Assembly: GCA_002269645.1 (NCBI GenBank)
Contig: NIVC01001988.1
Location: 151,635-215,634, forward strand
Length of the DNA stretch: 64,000 nt
Direction of reading: 5' to 3'
Origin: Macrostomum lignano
Taxonomy: Eukaryota
Part shown: positions 34,998 through 48,625 of the stretch, in pieces
Layout: the number at the start of each line of letters is the position of its first letter
How positions within the stretch are numbered: the first letter of the stretch is position 1
Position numbers and translations under genes: made by a program
The notes under the pieces: generated by a model
Told to the model about the DNA's origin: nothing
Seen by the model: only the letters and a program-made list of their open reading frames with translations
Database searches by the model: none

Positions 34998-37825
34998 TGA
35001 TCTTGCTGGAGACTCCCACTTGAGTGAATTACTTTAACAAAGAAAACTAACAAATCTGACAAGGAACCCAATTAAACAGAAATATCCGTGAGAAGTTTAA
35101 TAAAAAGTAATTTTATCAAGGCAATTTCTTTATATTAAAATAGTATCTGATGAGCACTCGCTGTATTTCTTAAAATAATCCTAAACGAATAAGCTGCTGT
35201 GATTAAGCGTTTTACCTTCTCGAGAAATGAATTCGAGTCAATTCAAATAGAGCACGAAAGATGGCTGCATCAAAAACTCACTGTTGTTGTTTTTCTGTTA
35301 AATTATTGTTGACTCACCACCGCCATAACTATTTGGCTGTCTTTTATGACACAAAACACAATCCACAACGTCAGCCAGTCCCAGCCTCCTGCAGAATCCT
35401 TGCTGCCTGCATGGTGCTTGCTCGCCTCCTACCTGCAGATAGTCACTTGTCCAAGATTCGAATGTGCTGCCTCTGCCTCATCAGTCACTGCAGCCATCAT
35501 CGACAGGCCTCAGTCTGGGTCGCACACAGCCTTCTGCTCTGTCTAAGTTTTCGACTCACTCACAACTCTGTACCTATCGCTTCTTCACATAGATTTTGTA
35601 CAGTGTTGGTGCAGGCGCATTCCCTCACATTTACTGCATTGCATGGTTGCACACAAAGTGACTGAGCACACTGCTGCATAGTCAATCATAGAAGTGACAT
35701 CACTAGGAGTCGATGCAGTCAAAGCCATTATCCAATCGATAGAAAATTGGATAGAAATGACCTTGAGCTGAGCCAATGACTAAAAAGATAATGGAAGCTG
35801 CTGCAAGCGCTGCTGTGGCATTCACTGTCGGGAGTGGAGGGAAATTTGAAGCAGCAGCAGCAGCAACAGCAACAGCAATTCGGACCTAAGCGGTCATCTT
35901 GAAATATATCCGCCAATAAGATAACGCACCACAATAGCGTCATCGATTGGTGTCCCCTCTGAGCGGCTCAACCGCATACAACAACAACAGGCAGCAGCAA
36001 TGTTGTTGCATGCATTGGCTGATGCTGCAGCTGAAATTTCTGAAGTAATGCATGAGGCAGCAGCTAGAAAACTCTTTTCGACGTTATCAAAACAATTTGT
36101 AGCAAAAAGCATGAGGAGCGCATCATAGAGATGGTTTTCGAGAGGGCAGAAACACTGCCTCACTAACTCCGCAACTTTCTGTGCTGTCACTCAGAACAGC
36201 ACGCAATGTGGAAAGCAAGTTGCTGCAACTGCAATCATCCACCATGCCTTTTTGTTCGAAACTGCAACTGAAGTATCTCCCGCTGCAAAACCCTTTTAGT
36301 TTCTGCTGCTGGGTGACTCTTCAAGTGGACGACGAAGAATACTTCACTATCGTAGCACGAAATTGAATGCACTATTGTCCCGGGTCGGTTCGGGTGCCCA
36401 GCCCAAGTACTTTACGGTTGTACCAGCAGGCGTTCTGACACTCTGCCAATATGATATTACTGCTGACAGGCGTTCTGACGCTCTAACCTGCGAGTTACTG
36501 AGGTTAACCATTTACTTGACTTGAGTAAAGTATCGCTTACAATTTCTCGGAGCGCAAAAACGAAGTGAGTGGGAAAACCCAGAGCCACGCGAGCAAGAGA
36601 AGCCAGTGCGCAAAATAATAAATACCAAGACAGGCCTGGGGGCCGGGGGCAGGCGGCCCCACCGGCTAAGCCCACAAAAGTAGAGCAAACAAGAGAAAAT
36701 AGAGACTGGCCGCACCGGCCAGCCAATCAAAACCCCGCCTGGTGTGGGCGGGGCCCCACCCGCGCAAAAGCCGGCCCGGCCGCAGCCAACCAGCCCTGAG
36801 CCCGGGGCAGGGGGGGGGGCACGGCTGGGGAGGGGCACGCGCAAAGCCCGGCCGCCGGCCAGACCCTGCCACGCCCGCCAACCCCCCTAGCCAACGCCAT
36901 AGTTACAAGCGTCCCAAACCCCGCACTGACGAAAAAGAATGCACTAACTGTAGGTCGAAGACGCCGCGGACGAAGAAGAATTCACTTTTAATGAAATAGA
37001 ACGATAAAACCAAAAAAGTACATAAGTTTCAAATGGAAATTTGATGCTCGTAGAGTACCACAGTAAGTGCCTGGATTCTTCTAACCAGGATCGCGGGCAG
37101 CTAGAAAATGTACATAAACGAGCTGTTTTTGGTGTTTGTTTCTAAATGTTAATTTCTATGCCCTTTAAAATACAGGTAGTAAATGACCCATTTGAACTGT
37201 CACCTCTCTCAACCCCAACCATTCCACGGGCCGCTATTCCGACGACGCCGTAGGACTTCGGAGAAGCTGCACTGAGAGATGAAGCCGAACACATCGAGAT
37301 GCGAGTTGCAACATTGGAATGAACTTACTGGCCGCAATGTATGCGTGGTATAAGCATCCAAATAATATATAATCTGGACGACTAACATTGTTTAAAAAAA
37401 CATGAATAGTCCCAAACAACCGAGAGAAAGTCAAGGCCTATGTACACCCTGCGTGAGAGCGTGCCAGCTGCGCACGCACCGGTGTATGCGCTTCGGTCAG
37501 CTGTGAATGTGTACAGCTGCTTGCTTTGATAAATAAAGAAACTGGAACACTGACTCTCTAAATAAATTTTAATTAAAAAAATTATACACAGCATCACACA
37601 GTGACTTAGTAAAAAAAACCTATGTAGCTCGTAAGACCTATAATGTTTTTCGGACTTTGTTAAATCGAGCGACACGCAGTTCTAGCAGCGATAAAACAGC
37701 CAATACGTCAATTATTAAAAAAACTCTTTAGAAAATTTAACAGCCAAGTTGTCAATGCTGCTACTCCCTTTGGCTTTGAGTAGTACAGGACGGGCCCAGC
37801 CCGACTCATTCTGACAGCATCTGAC

Positions 37826-38065
37826 ACTCCGCCTCCAACAACAGTAGTGTGATCCTTATCCCCCAGTATAGTGTGATCCTTATCCCCCAGTGCCAGTAGT
37901 GTGGTCCTTATCCCCCAGTAGTGTGATCCCAATCCTTAGTAGTGTGATCCCGATCCCCCTGTGGCCTTGCGCCAGATCCCCAACAGGTTATCCCAAGCAT
38001 CTGCTCAATCCGACCCGATCAATGCCCACCTTGACATTGTAGCCCTGCACCAATTTGGCAACTTC
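37826..38065 (-). pseudogene. Centrin-3 duplicate remnant (12 codons of exon 1, donor, short minisatellite; exon 2 deleted)
   Basis: Matches 52810-52950 (EVAKLVQGYNVK|GTGGGC) and fuses directly to sequence matching the centrin 3' flank. Confidence 0.75.
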
Positions 38066-38199
38066 GCCCCCCCCCCTCTAGCACAATGATAGAACTTGGC
38101 AGCTGTGTGATACTGCAACCTAAACGTCCAGGTTCAGGCTCAGTGCACCTGGAGAAGCTGAATGACCAGTGTATTGATAGATTTGACGTTGTGGCAAAT

Positions 38200-39610
38200 T
38201 TTTCAGGTGGGAAGCAACGGCGAGAGCACAAATGCTAAAAATGCCCGTGGTACCAACCTTTTACGACTCATTGGTTGATCACCTAGCTCCAGAAAAGTTG
38301 AGTAACAAGTCGTACGACGACCTAACAGCTGCTCTTAATAAGATCCTCATTCTGATTACTCCTTCCAACAATGCATCCAAAATCTAAGAGAATCAGTCAG
38401 GCGGTTTGCAGAACGTCTGTTCAGAGAATGTCGGATCGTCAGAGAATGCCAACTTTGGTAACACTGATGCGAGACTGAGAGATCTAGTCATATGAGGCCT
38501 TGCAGATCACCATTCTTGGGAAGCTGTTCGTGAAGGAATATCAAACGCTCAGTTTCAAAGAGGCGGCTGCAGAGGCGGAGGTTCATTCAAGGTTGGCTAC
38601 AACAGAAATAATGAAGAGCACTCCAAGACCGGAAATGCGATCGTGATGAAGGTTGGTATGTACAAGTCGCTTCCAAGACACCAAAAAAGATGCAGCCATC
38701 GGAGCGAAGCAGCCACCATCTGCAAACTGTGTGGAGGGCCCATGGAAAGTCAACATGTCCAGCGGCCGGAAAGATGTGCAAACAAAAGATGTGGCAAAGC
38801 AAATTATTTCTGCAACATCTACGTTTTAATCAACAGCCGGTAACCAGACAGTATATGTAAGTCACCGAAAAATTCTTGGAGAGATCTTCGCACCAAGCGA
38901 GAGAACTGGACAGCAACATCTTCACGATTAGGGCGATATCCAAGCCGGAGCTGATACTTGATGCCATCACAGTTACACTCCAGTTCATCGCTGGTGACAA
39001 AATGATACCTGTACAGTGCCAGTTGAACAGTGCGGTGTCAAAAAAATCCGACCGCGCGCCGGTTCTGGAAGAAAATTGGTTGCTCACACTTGCAGTCAAG
39101 CTGTCTGGGGCTGACAGGCTACTCTGAGGGTCATCAATTCGAGACATTTCGCAGTTCTCCTCTTCTGTGAGATTTCATAGAAAATTGTAACAATTGCCTG
39201 TTCATGTAGTTCACTCAAATCGCACTTTTGCACTATACTAGGGACGGATTTCATGAAGCCACTTTTCAGACAAATTACAAGTGACAAATGAAAATTCCGA
39301 CAACGTTCCCACAATTCCGAATGCGTTTTATGAAAGTTGTGACAAATCAACAAGTTACGAGTGAAAATTGTCAAGCCCTACCCTGACAAGTGAATATTTT
39401 CAATCGTTTTATAAAAGCTTCATGAAACAGATATCGACAAGTTCGCTGGAAAAGACAGTCATCACGCCTGTGCTATTCCCACTATTCTTACCAAGTGAGA
39501 ATGGCAGGTGAAGCACTTCGGCTTTGCGTGGACTAAAAGCAAACGTTAAACCCACGGTCAGTGACCGACACGGCTCGCGCCGGAGGAAGCCGGAGGAAAT
39601 TATAAATATT
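38200..39610 (+). mobile_element. Highly degenerate Gypsy-like LTR retrotransposon remnant
   Basis: Gag-like HLAPEKLSNKSYDDL at ~38280; integrase-like ISDNVP near 39295; purine tract near 39590; many stops. Confidence 0.4.
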
Positions 39611-39759
39611 TGTTTCAGTACTCGAGTATATTTGTTTGTTTGAAATAAAAGTGACGTCTGCGCGTATCGCGCTGAAATATGTATCTGAATCGTTTGCATT
39701 AGTCTAAACGAACGACTGAATCTGAGAGAGACCGAGATGACTATAGACAGGAGTGCGCA

Positions 39760-40130
39760 GCTGCACATTAGTATGCTGATGATATCCTGATTTGGGAGAA
39801 ATTGAAGAGCAGCTTAATGATAGAGAAGAGTGCCTGAACCAAAATGGCCTGAAGATCAACCAGCCCAAGAGCACCGGTTTGCCAACAACCAACTTGGATT
39901 CGTACTGGAGGACGGAATGTTTCAACCATGCAGATCCTGAGGAAGTCAAGAGTACTACAGAAGATGGAAAACCCTGCAACACTGACAGATTTGGAGTATC
40001 TAAATGGCCTAATAATATGCAGCGAAGGCTGATCTCAAACTTGTCGGACTGCCTGGAACCACTCACCACAAGGTGGGCTCGGAGGAAAAAGTTCTGATGG
40101 CAGAAGGAGCAGGACGACGCACTCCAGAAG
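39760..40130 (+). mobile_element. Degenerate non-LTR RT fragment
   Basis: YADDILI followed by EEQLNDREECLNQNGLKINQPKS. Confidence 0.55.
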
Positions 40131-41311
40131 CTGCTTCCTCACTACGAGCTGCTTCAGCTACCCCTCAAACGCACCTCAAATGCCTCACACGAAAGTCTTT
40201 ATTTCCTCACTTCTGATTGGTTGCCAGGAGAAAAAGCAATGACATTTAAATTTCGTCAGACTGAACTCACACATGGCAAGAGGGAGATGGAAGACTCCTC
40301 GGCTGTGAAAGTTTTTGATGTTTTTAAGTTGACGGATGCAATTCTGCATTGACGGATCGAATAGCAGGAAACACAGGCTGTCCTGACTCCTGTTGCTTCG
40401 TCCGTGAATGGTGGCACCGATTCAATCCTACTTGCGATTTAGATCTCATCGATGACCCGGGTCACGACCTTCTCCATCTGTGACAGCTTTGAAGCTCTCA
40501 GCGCAAGGAAGCCTTCGCCTTGGTGCTGAAGCTCTGGCATGTCCTCAATGTCAAGTCGCCGTACAAGAGAAAATGCAAGCGGGGCATCAGTCAGGATCCT
40601 GTTCGTTCATCGCTTGACTGGAAGCTGCAATTTCTGGAGGAGTTCGCTGACTTTCTTGACAGCTGGAGGAGTCAGGCAATCCTGGCATGTCCAAGGAGAC
40701 CTTCTTTGCCTGCCGCATGACGTTCCGTGCCCTGGCCTGCTGTGCAAGGCATTTGCTGCACCATGAAGGCTTCTCCTATGTGCTTCTTGGAGCGATTCAG
40801 TCCGACTGCATTGAGCGCCGATTCGGTTGGCTTCGGCAAATGTCCGGGGCAAATTTCTTCATTTCCGCGCGACAGGTGAAGGAAAACAGCAGAAAAATTG
40901 CTGTCGTAAGCCTGCTGAAGTAATCGGACTTTTCCTTGAAGAAAATCGACATGGTGTCATCGAGGTGCCCTCCGACTCTGGCTCTATTCGGGAATCTGTT
41001 AGCATTCTGGCTGTGCAGCTGGAGATGGACAGCCATCCTCGGGCCAGAAGACCCGACTGCAATCTTCTATGTCACCCCGCAGTTGCTCGTAAGTTCGTGC
41101 AGAACCGAAAGTGCGACTCCTGCAGACAGCTACTACTTGAACAGGAAGAGGTGCCATCGTTGGATCTTGATTGGGTTCCGGCTGAGGCATCATCATTCTT
41201 TGATCAGATCAACCGAGGAGGTCTGTGCCAGCCAACAGAACTAGCTTTCGCACTTTCAATGCATTCCTGCTCAAGGCATTCCTGACTGTGCAGCAGCAGC
41301 AGCAGCAGCAG

Positions 41312-41553
41312 CTGTTTATCCTCTTTATTGACACCGTCAACGACGTCGTCAGCCCTCCCGCGGAGCTCTCTATGTACTATGCACTTGCTGGACTGCCCTG
41401 CTCTAGCCGGCGCCAGGCTCCGCTTCCTCGGAGGACACACCATTGAACTCAGCAGCATCTCTGCCGACCCCCTCGGCCTGGTCGCGCTGGCCAAGCACTG
41501 CCTTTAGCTGTGCTTGGGCGCTTCCTACCACACACACACACACGCACACACAC
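41312..41553 (+). mobile_element. 242-bp 3' fragment of a LINE with (CA)n tail
   Basis: Flanked by G(CAG)7 duplication (41290-41311 / 41554-41575); encodes ...ISADPLGLVALAKHCL*, resembling the C-terminus of the adjacent LINE. Confidence 0.6.
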
Positions 41554-41582
41554 GCAGCAGCAGCAGCAGCAGCAGGTCTTCT

Positions 41583-44500
41583 TCAGTGGACCGATGAAGA
41601 CGCTAGGGGACACCTCACCGAACACTGGAGCGCGACTAACGGCCTCCACGTCTGTAACGGAACCAGCCACACCAGGAGCAGCCCGAGCAGCGGATCCCGG
41701 AGCTCACCCGATCTGACGCTGGCAAAGGGCTTCCTGACCGCGATCATCCCGGCGGTTTGGAGGACCGAAAAGGATATGAGCAGCGATCATCTCCCCATCA
41801 CCTTCCCGCTGGCAATGGCAAGGCGCGAACTCAAGCACGGTATCACTCGCTGGAGCTTCGCCAAGGCCGACTGGCCCGCCTTCAGACAACATCTAGCCGA
41901 CATCCAAGGACCCCAAGACTGGGGTGACGTGGACCCTGAACACGCGGCCCTCTGCGCCGACATCATCGAGGCCTCCACTCAGGCGATCCCCAGAGGCAGC
42001 CCCAAAAACAACCGCTGCCCTTTCTGGACCCCAGACTGCGAAATCAGCCGACAAGCCTGCATCAGAGCAAGGGCGACGGCCGAGTCCGACCCGACCCCAG
42101 GAAACCTCGCGGCCTACAACGCAGCTCGACATGCCGCCAGCAATACCATCCGCAAAGAGCGCAGAGGCTTCCTGGAAGACCGCGCCAGCGAAATGACGGT
42201 TGACAGCAACCTCTTCCGGCTCCTGCGCGCAGCCAGAGGAGATACGCCAGTCCCGCGCGGCAAAGTCGACATCACCCGGAAGTCGGTCGACGGCGTCGAG
42301 CTCCGACCGGCGCGCACCGACAAAGAAAAGGCAGACACTTTCTGCCAAATCTACGCCGCTGCCGCCAGGGTCCCCCGCCGACAGGAGGACTACAAGATCC
42401 GCTACGAGGCAAGACGCGCCAGGAGACGACCAGTCCATCCGCCGGTACCCTTCACTCTCCTGGAGCTCAGATCAGCTATCCGACAACTCAAATCCGGCAA
42501 AAGCGCCGGGGAAGACGGCGTTACCAACGAGATGCTCAAACGCCTCCCACCGGCCACCGACCAACGCCTCCTGGACCTCATCAACCGCACGTGGATACAA
42601 CAGCGCTGCCCCAGAAGCTGGAGGTCGGCAATCATCATCCCAATTGCCAAAAAAGGGAAGACGCCACCCTCCCAACATCCTACCGACCGGTGGCCCTTAC
42701 GAGCTGCATCGCCAAATGTGCGGAGAGGATGGTGCTCCAAAGACTCAACCGCCAGCTCGAAACCAACGGCTCCCTGTCCCCGGCACAAGCCGGATTCCGC
42801 AGCGGCCGCAGCACCGAGGAGCAGCTCGCCAGGGTCTGTCAGGACATCTTCGACGGCCTGGAACGCTCTCCACCGCACAGGAGCATCCTCGCGTGCATGG
42901 ACTTCAAAGGAGCCTACGAAACGGTCTGGAAGGAAGGCCTCGTTGTGAAGATGACTCGAGTAAAGATCGACCAGAACATCATCGGCTGGACGGAAGCCTT
43001 CCTTTCCGACCGACGCGCAAGAGTCCGCTTCGGGCGCACCCTGAGCCGCCAGCGCGTCTTCCGAGAGGGACTTCCACAAGGCTCGGTCCTGGCGCCAACT
43101 CTCTGGAACATCTACGTGAATGACCTAGAGGAGGCAGTAGTCACGACAGCAGCGCCGGACTGCGGCATCAGCCTCTACGCCGATGATTCGGCTGTCCTCA
43201 GCACCCAGCCCTCACTGGCGAGCTGCGGAGCCAGGATACAACCGGCACTCGACCCTATAGCCAACTGGACCAAAGAGTGGAAAATCACCCTGAGTACCAG
43301 TAAGTGCTCAACATTCACGCTCGCCAAGCACGCAGCCAACGTCTGCCGCCGCATGAGCCGACGCCGACGCGCTCTCGCCGACCTCGCGAACCGCGCGGTA
43401 GGAGCCACCCAGGAGGTGCTCCGGACGGCCTACCAGGCAACCATCCGCGCCGTGGCCGAATACGGATGCGGAGTCTGGGGAGCCAGCGCGGCACCGAGTA
43501 CCAAACTGCTTATCGAACAGCAACAGAACAGCTGCGCAAGAATCATCACCGGATGCATGCTCCCAACTCAAACCACGGAGCTGCTTCGGACGGCCAACCT
43601 CCCCCCCTTTGGCCACACCATCCTGGAACGCACCGCCTGCCTCCGAGAACGGGTGCTGCGCCTCCCGGAGGACGTCCCAGCACACCGGACTGCGGCCAGA
43701 GACACCACCAGCAGACTACGAAACCGCGCCTACGAGAGCGCCCGCCGACAAGAAGAGGCAAATTTTAACGCGCTATAACGACTACAAGCGCCCTTTCCGC
43801 GGCTGCTGGCGGCGAATCGCGAGAGAAATCACCGATCCCTGCGGCCTCGAAGACCGGCCCAGAGAGCCGTTCCCGCCACCGCCGCCCGACCTGGCACACC
43901 TCGCGCTCAACCGGTACAGCCAGACTTTCGACCTCACCCTCGCCGACGGCTGCGGCAGAGCAGTCCCGACGAGCGTCCGCCGCGACAGGGCGATGTCAGC
44001 TCTCGAGCAGCTGACACCCTGTGACATCGACGCGTGGACGGACGGCAGCGTCAAGGAGGGCATCCACGACGCATGGGGTGCCGCGGTGGTCTGCACCCGC
44101 CTCTGGTGCCAAAAGATCACCGCCCCGGCCGGCCGGATCGCATGCAGCTTCCAGGCGGAGATGGTCGCGATCAGCGCCGCCCTCGACTACATTACTCAAC
44201 TCCCGCCAGAGCACGGCCTTACAGTGCGGATCCTCAGCGACTCCAAATCAGCACTCACGGCCCTCCAGAGCGGCCCCAGTAGGCAGGACACCGCCGCCGG
44301 AAGCCGCTGCTGGGAGGCACTGGCCCACATGTCGCGCCCGTGCGACTTCGTCTGGGTCCCGGCCCACTGCGACGTCCCGGGCAACGAGCAAGCAGACCGC
44401 TGCGCCAACGAAGCTAGACGCGGCCAACAGCAGGACGAACCCATTACGCTGCAGGCCGCCAAGGCCGCCATCCGACGCGCGCGGTCCGCCCGCGACCAGG

Positions 44501-44855
44501 AACTGCTTGGACGCCCCTGGCAACGACCACCACGACACCTGACCAGGAAAGAAACGGTGGCGATTAACCAACTCAGAGCCGGGTGCTCCACCCTGGCCGG
44601 GGCCACACGCCACCGGGTCGGCCTGACTGAGAACGCCAGCTGTCCTGACTGCGGGGCGCCCGACACGGAGGAGCATATCATCCTTGAATGCCCACGCGGC
44701 GACGCCCTTCGGGAGAGCACTGAGGACGAGAGGGACATCCGCGACGACCCGGAGCGCCTTCTCGCCCTCCTTCGCAGGTTGGGGCGCCTCTGAGCGCCCT
44801 CCCCCCAGCTGCCAGCGGCAGCGTTGTGGGGCGGTGGAAGAAAAGAAGAAGAAGA
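41583..44855 (+). mobile_element. 5'-truncated I-group-like LINE (APE C-terminus, RT, RNase H, CCHC) with frameshifts
   Basis: SPDLT..SDHLPI; QAGFRSGRST; DFKGAYETV; GLPQGSVLAP; LYADD; WTDGS, AEMVAI, SDSKSAL, WVPAH..PGNEQAD; CPDC...EHIILECP; (GAA)n tail; TSD AGCAGGTCTTCT at 41571-41582 and 44856-44867. Confidence 0.93.
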
Positions 44856-46640
44856 AGCAGGTCTTCTGTGGCCTCGTGAATGAGATGGCCGTCGATGAGT
44901 TCTTTCTGGAGTCCTTTATGCAGCTGGTGATTTGCACGCACGGCCACGCTGTGAAGATGGGCTTGGCAAAGGCTTTCTGCAACTGCATCATGAAAAACCT
45001 GGCCAAGCAGCTCTCCAATCGTGAAAGCGGGAGGAAGCCAAAGATCTCTAAGCTGTCCGGCCTCTCTTCTACGGATAGATGAACCATTTTTAAAGCTACA
45101 AATGTTTCAAGTTGATGAATATATCTAGAACTACATTTTGACTTAGTTTACGCATGAGTTCTGTAATTATTCTTAAAGAAGTGTGCTCGAAGCCTGACCC
45201 TAATTCAATATTTTCTTCACTGTTGCCACATAATCTCATTATAAAGAACAAACTCTTTTAATTAGTAGCAGCAATGTCTCCGAACGAATCGCTTTTGTAT
45301 GCCGTTGGTGCTTAAGACTCTCGAAAGAAATCTCCTGAGAGATAAAATTTCCCTTGATACTCACGCAGTAGCTGGGAATGGTTGCCACACTAGGGTACGT
45401 GTGTGTTGGGAGCTTCCCGTCCAGTGATGCTTTTTTAAGGAGTCCCTGGCATTCACTTTGGGAAGTGGAGGGAAAGTTGAAGCACCAGCGGCGGCAGCAG
45501 CAGAAGCAATTTTTTTATGCATGCATTGACTGATGCTGCAGCTGTACAGAAATAAAATTTCTGAAATGAAGCAGCGAGAAATAAAATTTGTAGCAAGCTA
45601 CTTCAGAAGTCAGAAACAAGCAAAAGCAGGAGCGCATCTTAGGAGACTGGTAGCGATGGTTTTCCGATTTTTTTAACTAGAGGGCAGAAACACTGCTACT
45701 CCAATTTTTTGTCCTGTCACTCAGCGCAGCGCACAATGAGGAAAGAAAGCAAGTGGCTTCAACGGCAGCCATCCGCAATGCCTTAATTCGTTCAATACTG
45801 CAGCTGAAGTATCCACCGCTGCACAAGTTTGGAAGTGGACGCTTTTGTGAAGCTGTTTTGGAATGAGCGATGTCGATTGTGATGCTGCTAATTTCAAGGT
45901 TTTTAGAGCTGCTGCTACTACTGTTATCGATTTTTCTCTTCTGTTGATGTGTGAGTTCTTACAGTGGCGATTTCAGCCAGTTCGGAATGCTGTTGCTTAT
46001 GAACGGAAACGCCAATCAAATAAGAATTGCAGGAAACAAAACTTATGAATTTTGCCTATCAGCATGTGCAGTTGCTAGGGAACAGGAGCAGACAGTTTTG
46101 CACAGTATTGGATTAATATTTGACATTTTTTAGGACACCCAGTATATATACTCGTAGATCAGTCCGGGTCCCTACAGCAACAACAGAAAAACACACTCTT
46201 AGTAAGTCAGTGGAGGCGACAGCGAGCGGACAAAGTCCGGCCAGTTGACAGTGTCGGACGCAACCGCGTTGCTCAGGCAAGGACTACTAAACTATAGACT
46301 ATATAACAAAGTATTCCTAGTGGTCCTTGTGCTCAGGATGCAGTCTACCCATCACCGTGTCCTCGCTGGACCCAGGGTGGTTATTTGTCTCAAAAATGAG
46401 TACTTCGGAGTATTTTTAAATCCAGTTCGCGCACTAACCAGAATACGAGCTAGGAATGAAAAACTCTCAGGATAATAACGTCAAGTTTGGAGATAATTGG
46501 ACAGCAATTACGGATGAAGCTGGAACCAAACTGCTGCACGCAACTCTAAAACTTTCAGACCATTTGGGAGGCAAGCAGCGGAAGTTCAATGGGGATAAAA
46601 GCTGTAAAAACATTCACAAAATGGCAGCATCGCTTCTGTC

Positions 46641-47170
46641 ATGCTTCTGAAAATGCTTTGGCTGCTGCTGATCCTGCTGTGGCCGACTTTCGTGACGGCC
46701 TCTGACGAGCCGAACGTGGAGTGCCCGGAGCTGCACCCCAGCACCTTCTGCTCAGACGACGACATCCCGAGAAACTTCGAGTACAGCGACGGCTGCAGCC
46801 GCTACCGCTGCAACTTCATGTCCTACTCGACTCTGCAGAGCCGCGACTGTCCGCGAGCCGAGTCGCTCGCCGACCAGCGTCGGTGCCGCGATGTCGCCAG
46901 AGCGATTTTCAGTCGTCTCGAGCCGCGCACCTGCCCGAACGCGGCGCCCGCGACTGTCTGCGCCAGCGTGAGGGGCGTCAGAGGAGGAAACGGCAGCGGC
47001 TTTCGCTTCACCGACGGTTGCAACCGCTTCACCTGCGCACCCGACGGCTCCGTGGCGGGCAGCACCCGACTGTCTTGTCCTACTGGAGACGCTCGCAGGG
47101 CCTACTGCAGCTTTGTAGCCAACTTCCAGATTGAGGCAGTGATGAATAGCGCTGATGAGAGCGAAGACGG
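46641..47170 (+). CDS. Secreted pacifastin-like protein B, exon 1 (signal plus 2 domains)
   Basis: Signal MLLKMLWLLLILLWPTFVTA; donor GG|GTAAGC, phase 2. Confidence 0.82.
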
Positions 47171-47343
47171 GTAAGCAGTCGGACACAAACATGATAGATA
47201 CAAACAGTTTAAAAGCTTTCTTGAGTCAATGGTTGGCCTTTGTTATCTCACAAACTTGACGCAAAAAGCACAATGAGAATGTTCACTTTTGCAGCTTCAT
47301 TTTAAAATTCATCAAATGACATTCTCATTACGTTGTTCGCCAG

Positions 47344-47820
47344 TCAACTGGCGTTAGTCGCTCCTAACGTGGAGTGCCCGGAGCTGCACCCGAGCACCTT
47401 CTGCTCAGACGACGACATCCCGAGAGACTTCGAGTACAGCGACGGCTGCAGCCGCTACCGCTGCAACTTCATGTCCTACTCGACCCTGCAGAGCCGCGAC
47501 TGTCCGCGAGCCGAGTCGCTCGCCGACCAGCGTCGGTGCCGCGATGTCGCCAGAGCGATTTTCAGTCGCCTTGAGCCGCGCACCTGCCCGAACGCGGCGC
47601 CCGCAACCGTCTGCGCCAGCGTGAAGGGCGTCGGAAGCGACCAAGACGGATTCCGCTTCACCGACGGTTGCAACCGCTTCGCCTGCGCACCTGACGGCTC
47701 CGTGGCGGGCAGCACGTGGCGGAGCTGCATCGCAGGCAACGCTCGCAGGGCCTACTGCAGCTTCATCGTTGAAGTACAGATTGATGCTGCTGGCGAAAGT
47801 TTAAACCGGAGTAGCGTTGA
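47344..47820 (+). CDS. Pacifastin-like protein B, exon 2
   Basis: Acceptor GCCAG| phase 2; 477 nt (symmetric); donor GA|GTAAGC. Confidence 0.8.
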
Positions 47821-48625
47821 GTAAGCCCGGGGTTGCTGCGGTTTGCAAAAAAAGTGTACGCAAAAAGTCGCATGTCTTGTTTGAAAGAGCATGTTTTGAG
47901 CATCCATCCACCGAAAGATGTATTGGCAGAGATGAGCAATTTTTGGTTGCTACGAAAATAACAATTCAAGGATCGAACCCATCTGATAAGTCGTAGGAAA
48001 TCCATTATCAGTAAGATCGTTACTCTGTCGAGAGGCAACAGTAAAGGAGAAAATATTTCAGAGGTTTAAAACCGTTGCGATGTGAGTGGCGGTCCAGAAC
48101 CAAACACTTGGACTGGGCGTCGGGGAGCTCCCAGCCACACCACTGTCATTGCTAGCGGGTCGCAAAGACGACGGACTTGCATGAGGATGTCCGCATTCCC
48201 GCTACTTTCTCAATGAGCACAATGCCAAATCAAACTCTCAGGCTTGCTGAAATACGAGTAATCGGCCTGGACGATGTCATCCACTCCGACTGTTCTTTTA
48301 ATGTTTTGAAGACTCTCAAGGATGTGCGAGCGTATTGTAGCCTTAGGTTGCTGGGCGGCTTCTCGATTGGTGAGCTGCCATTAGAACGAACGAATTCTGG
48401 CCTAGAAATAAATGACAGCCAGCTTCGCAAAGTTACTTGTGCCTTTGTCGATAGACAATTTACTCCTACGTAATTTTACGTGAAGTTGAGTATCTCAAAT
48501 AATATAGATAGAACATGATTAAGATATATTTTTCTAACCTTTCTGCAAACCGGAATCCTAATTATAGGGTTACATCGTATATGGAAAAGTGAAATGCATT
48601 GACAAGAACTTTTTTGCCTTTCAAG

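Larger units (their letters stand above)
40450..45082 (+). mobile_element. P-element/THAP9-like transposase fragment, interrupted by two LINE insertions
   Basis: VLKLWHVLNVK, MSKETF, YVLLGAIQSDCIERRFGWLRQMSGANFFIS, RGGLCQP; resumes QVFCGL...FCNCIMKN after 44856. Confidence 0.75.

Noticed and set aside
36380-37000. GC-rich promoter- or LTR-like segment and short ORFs (similar tract at 31280-31400)
   Set aside because: No termini, TSD or coding signature could be established
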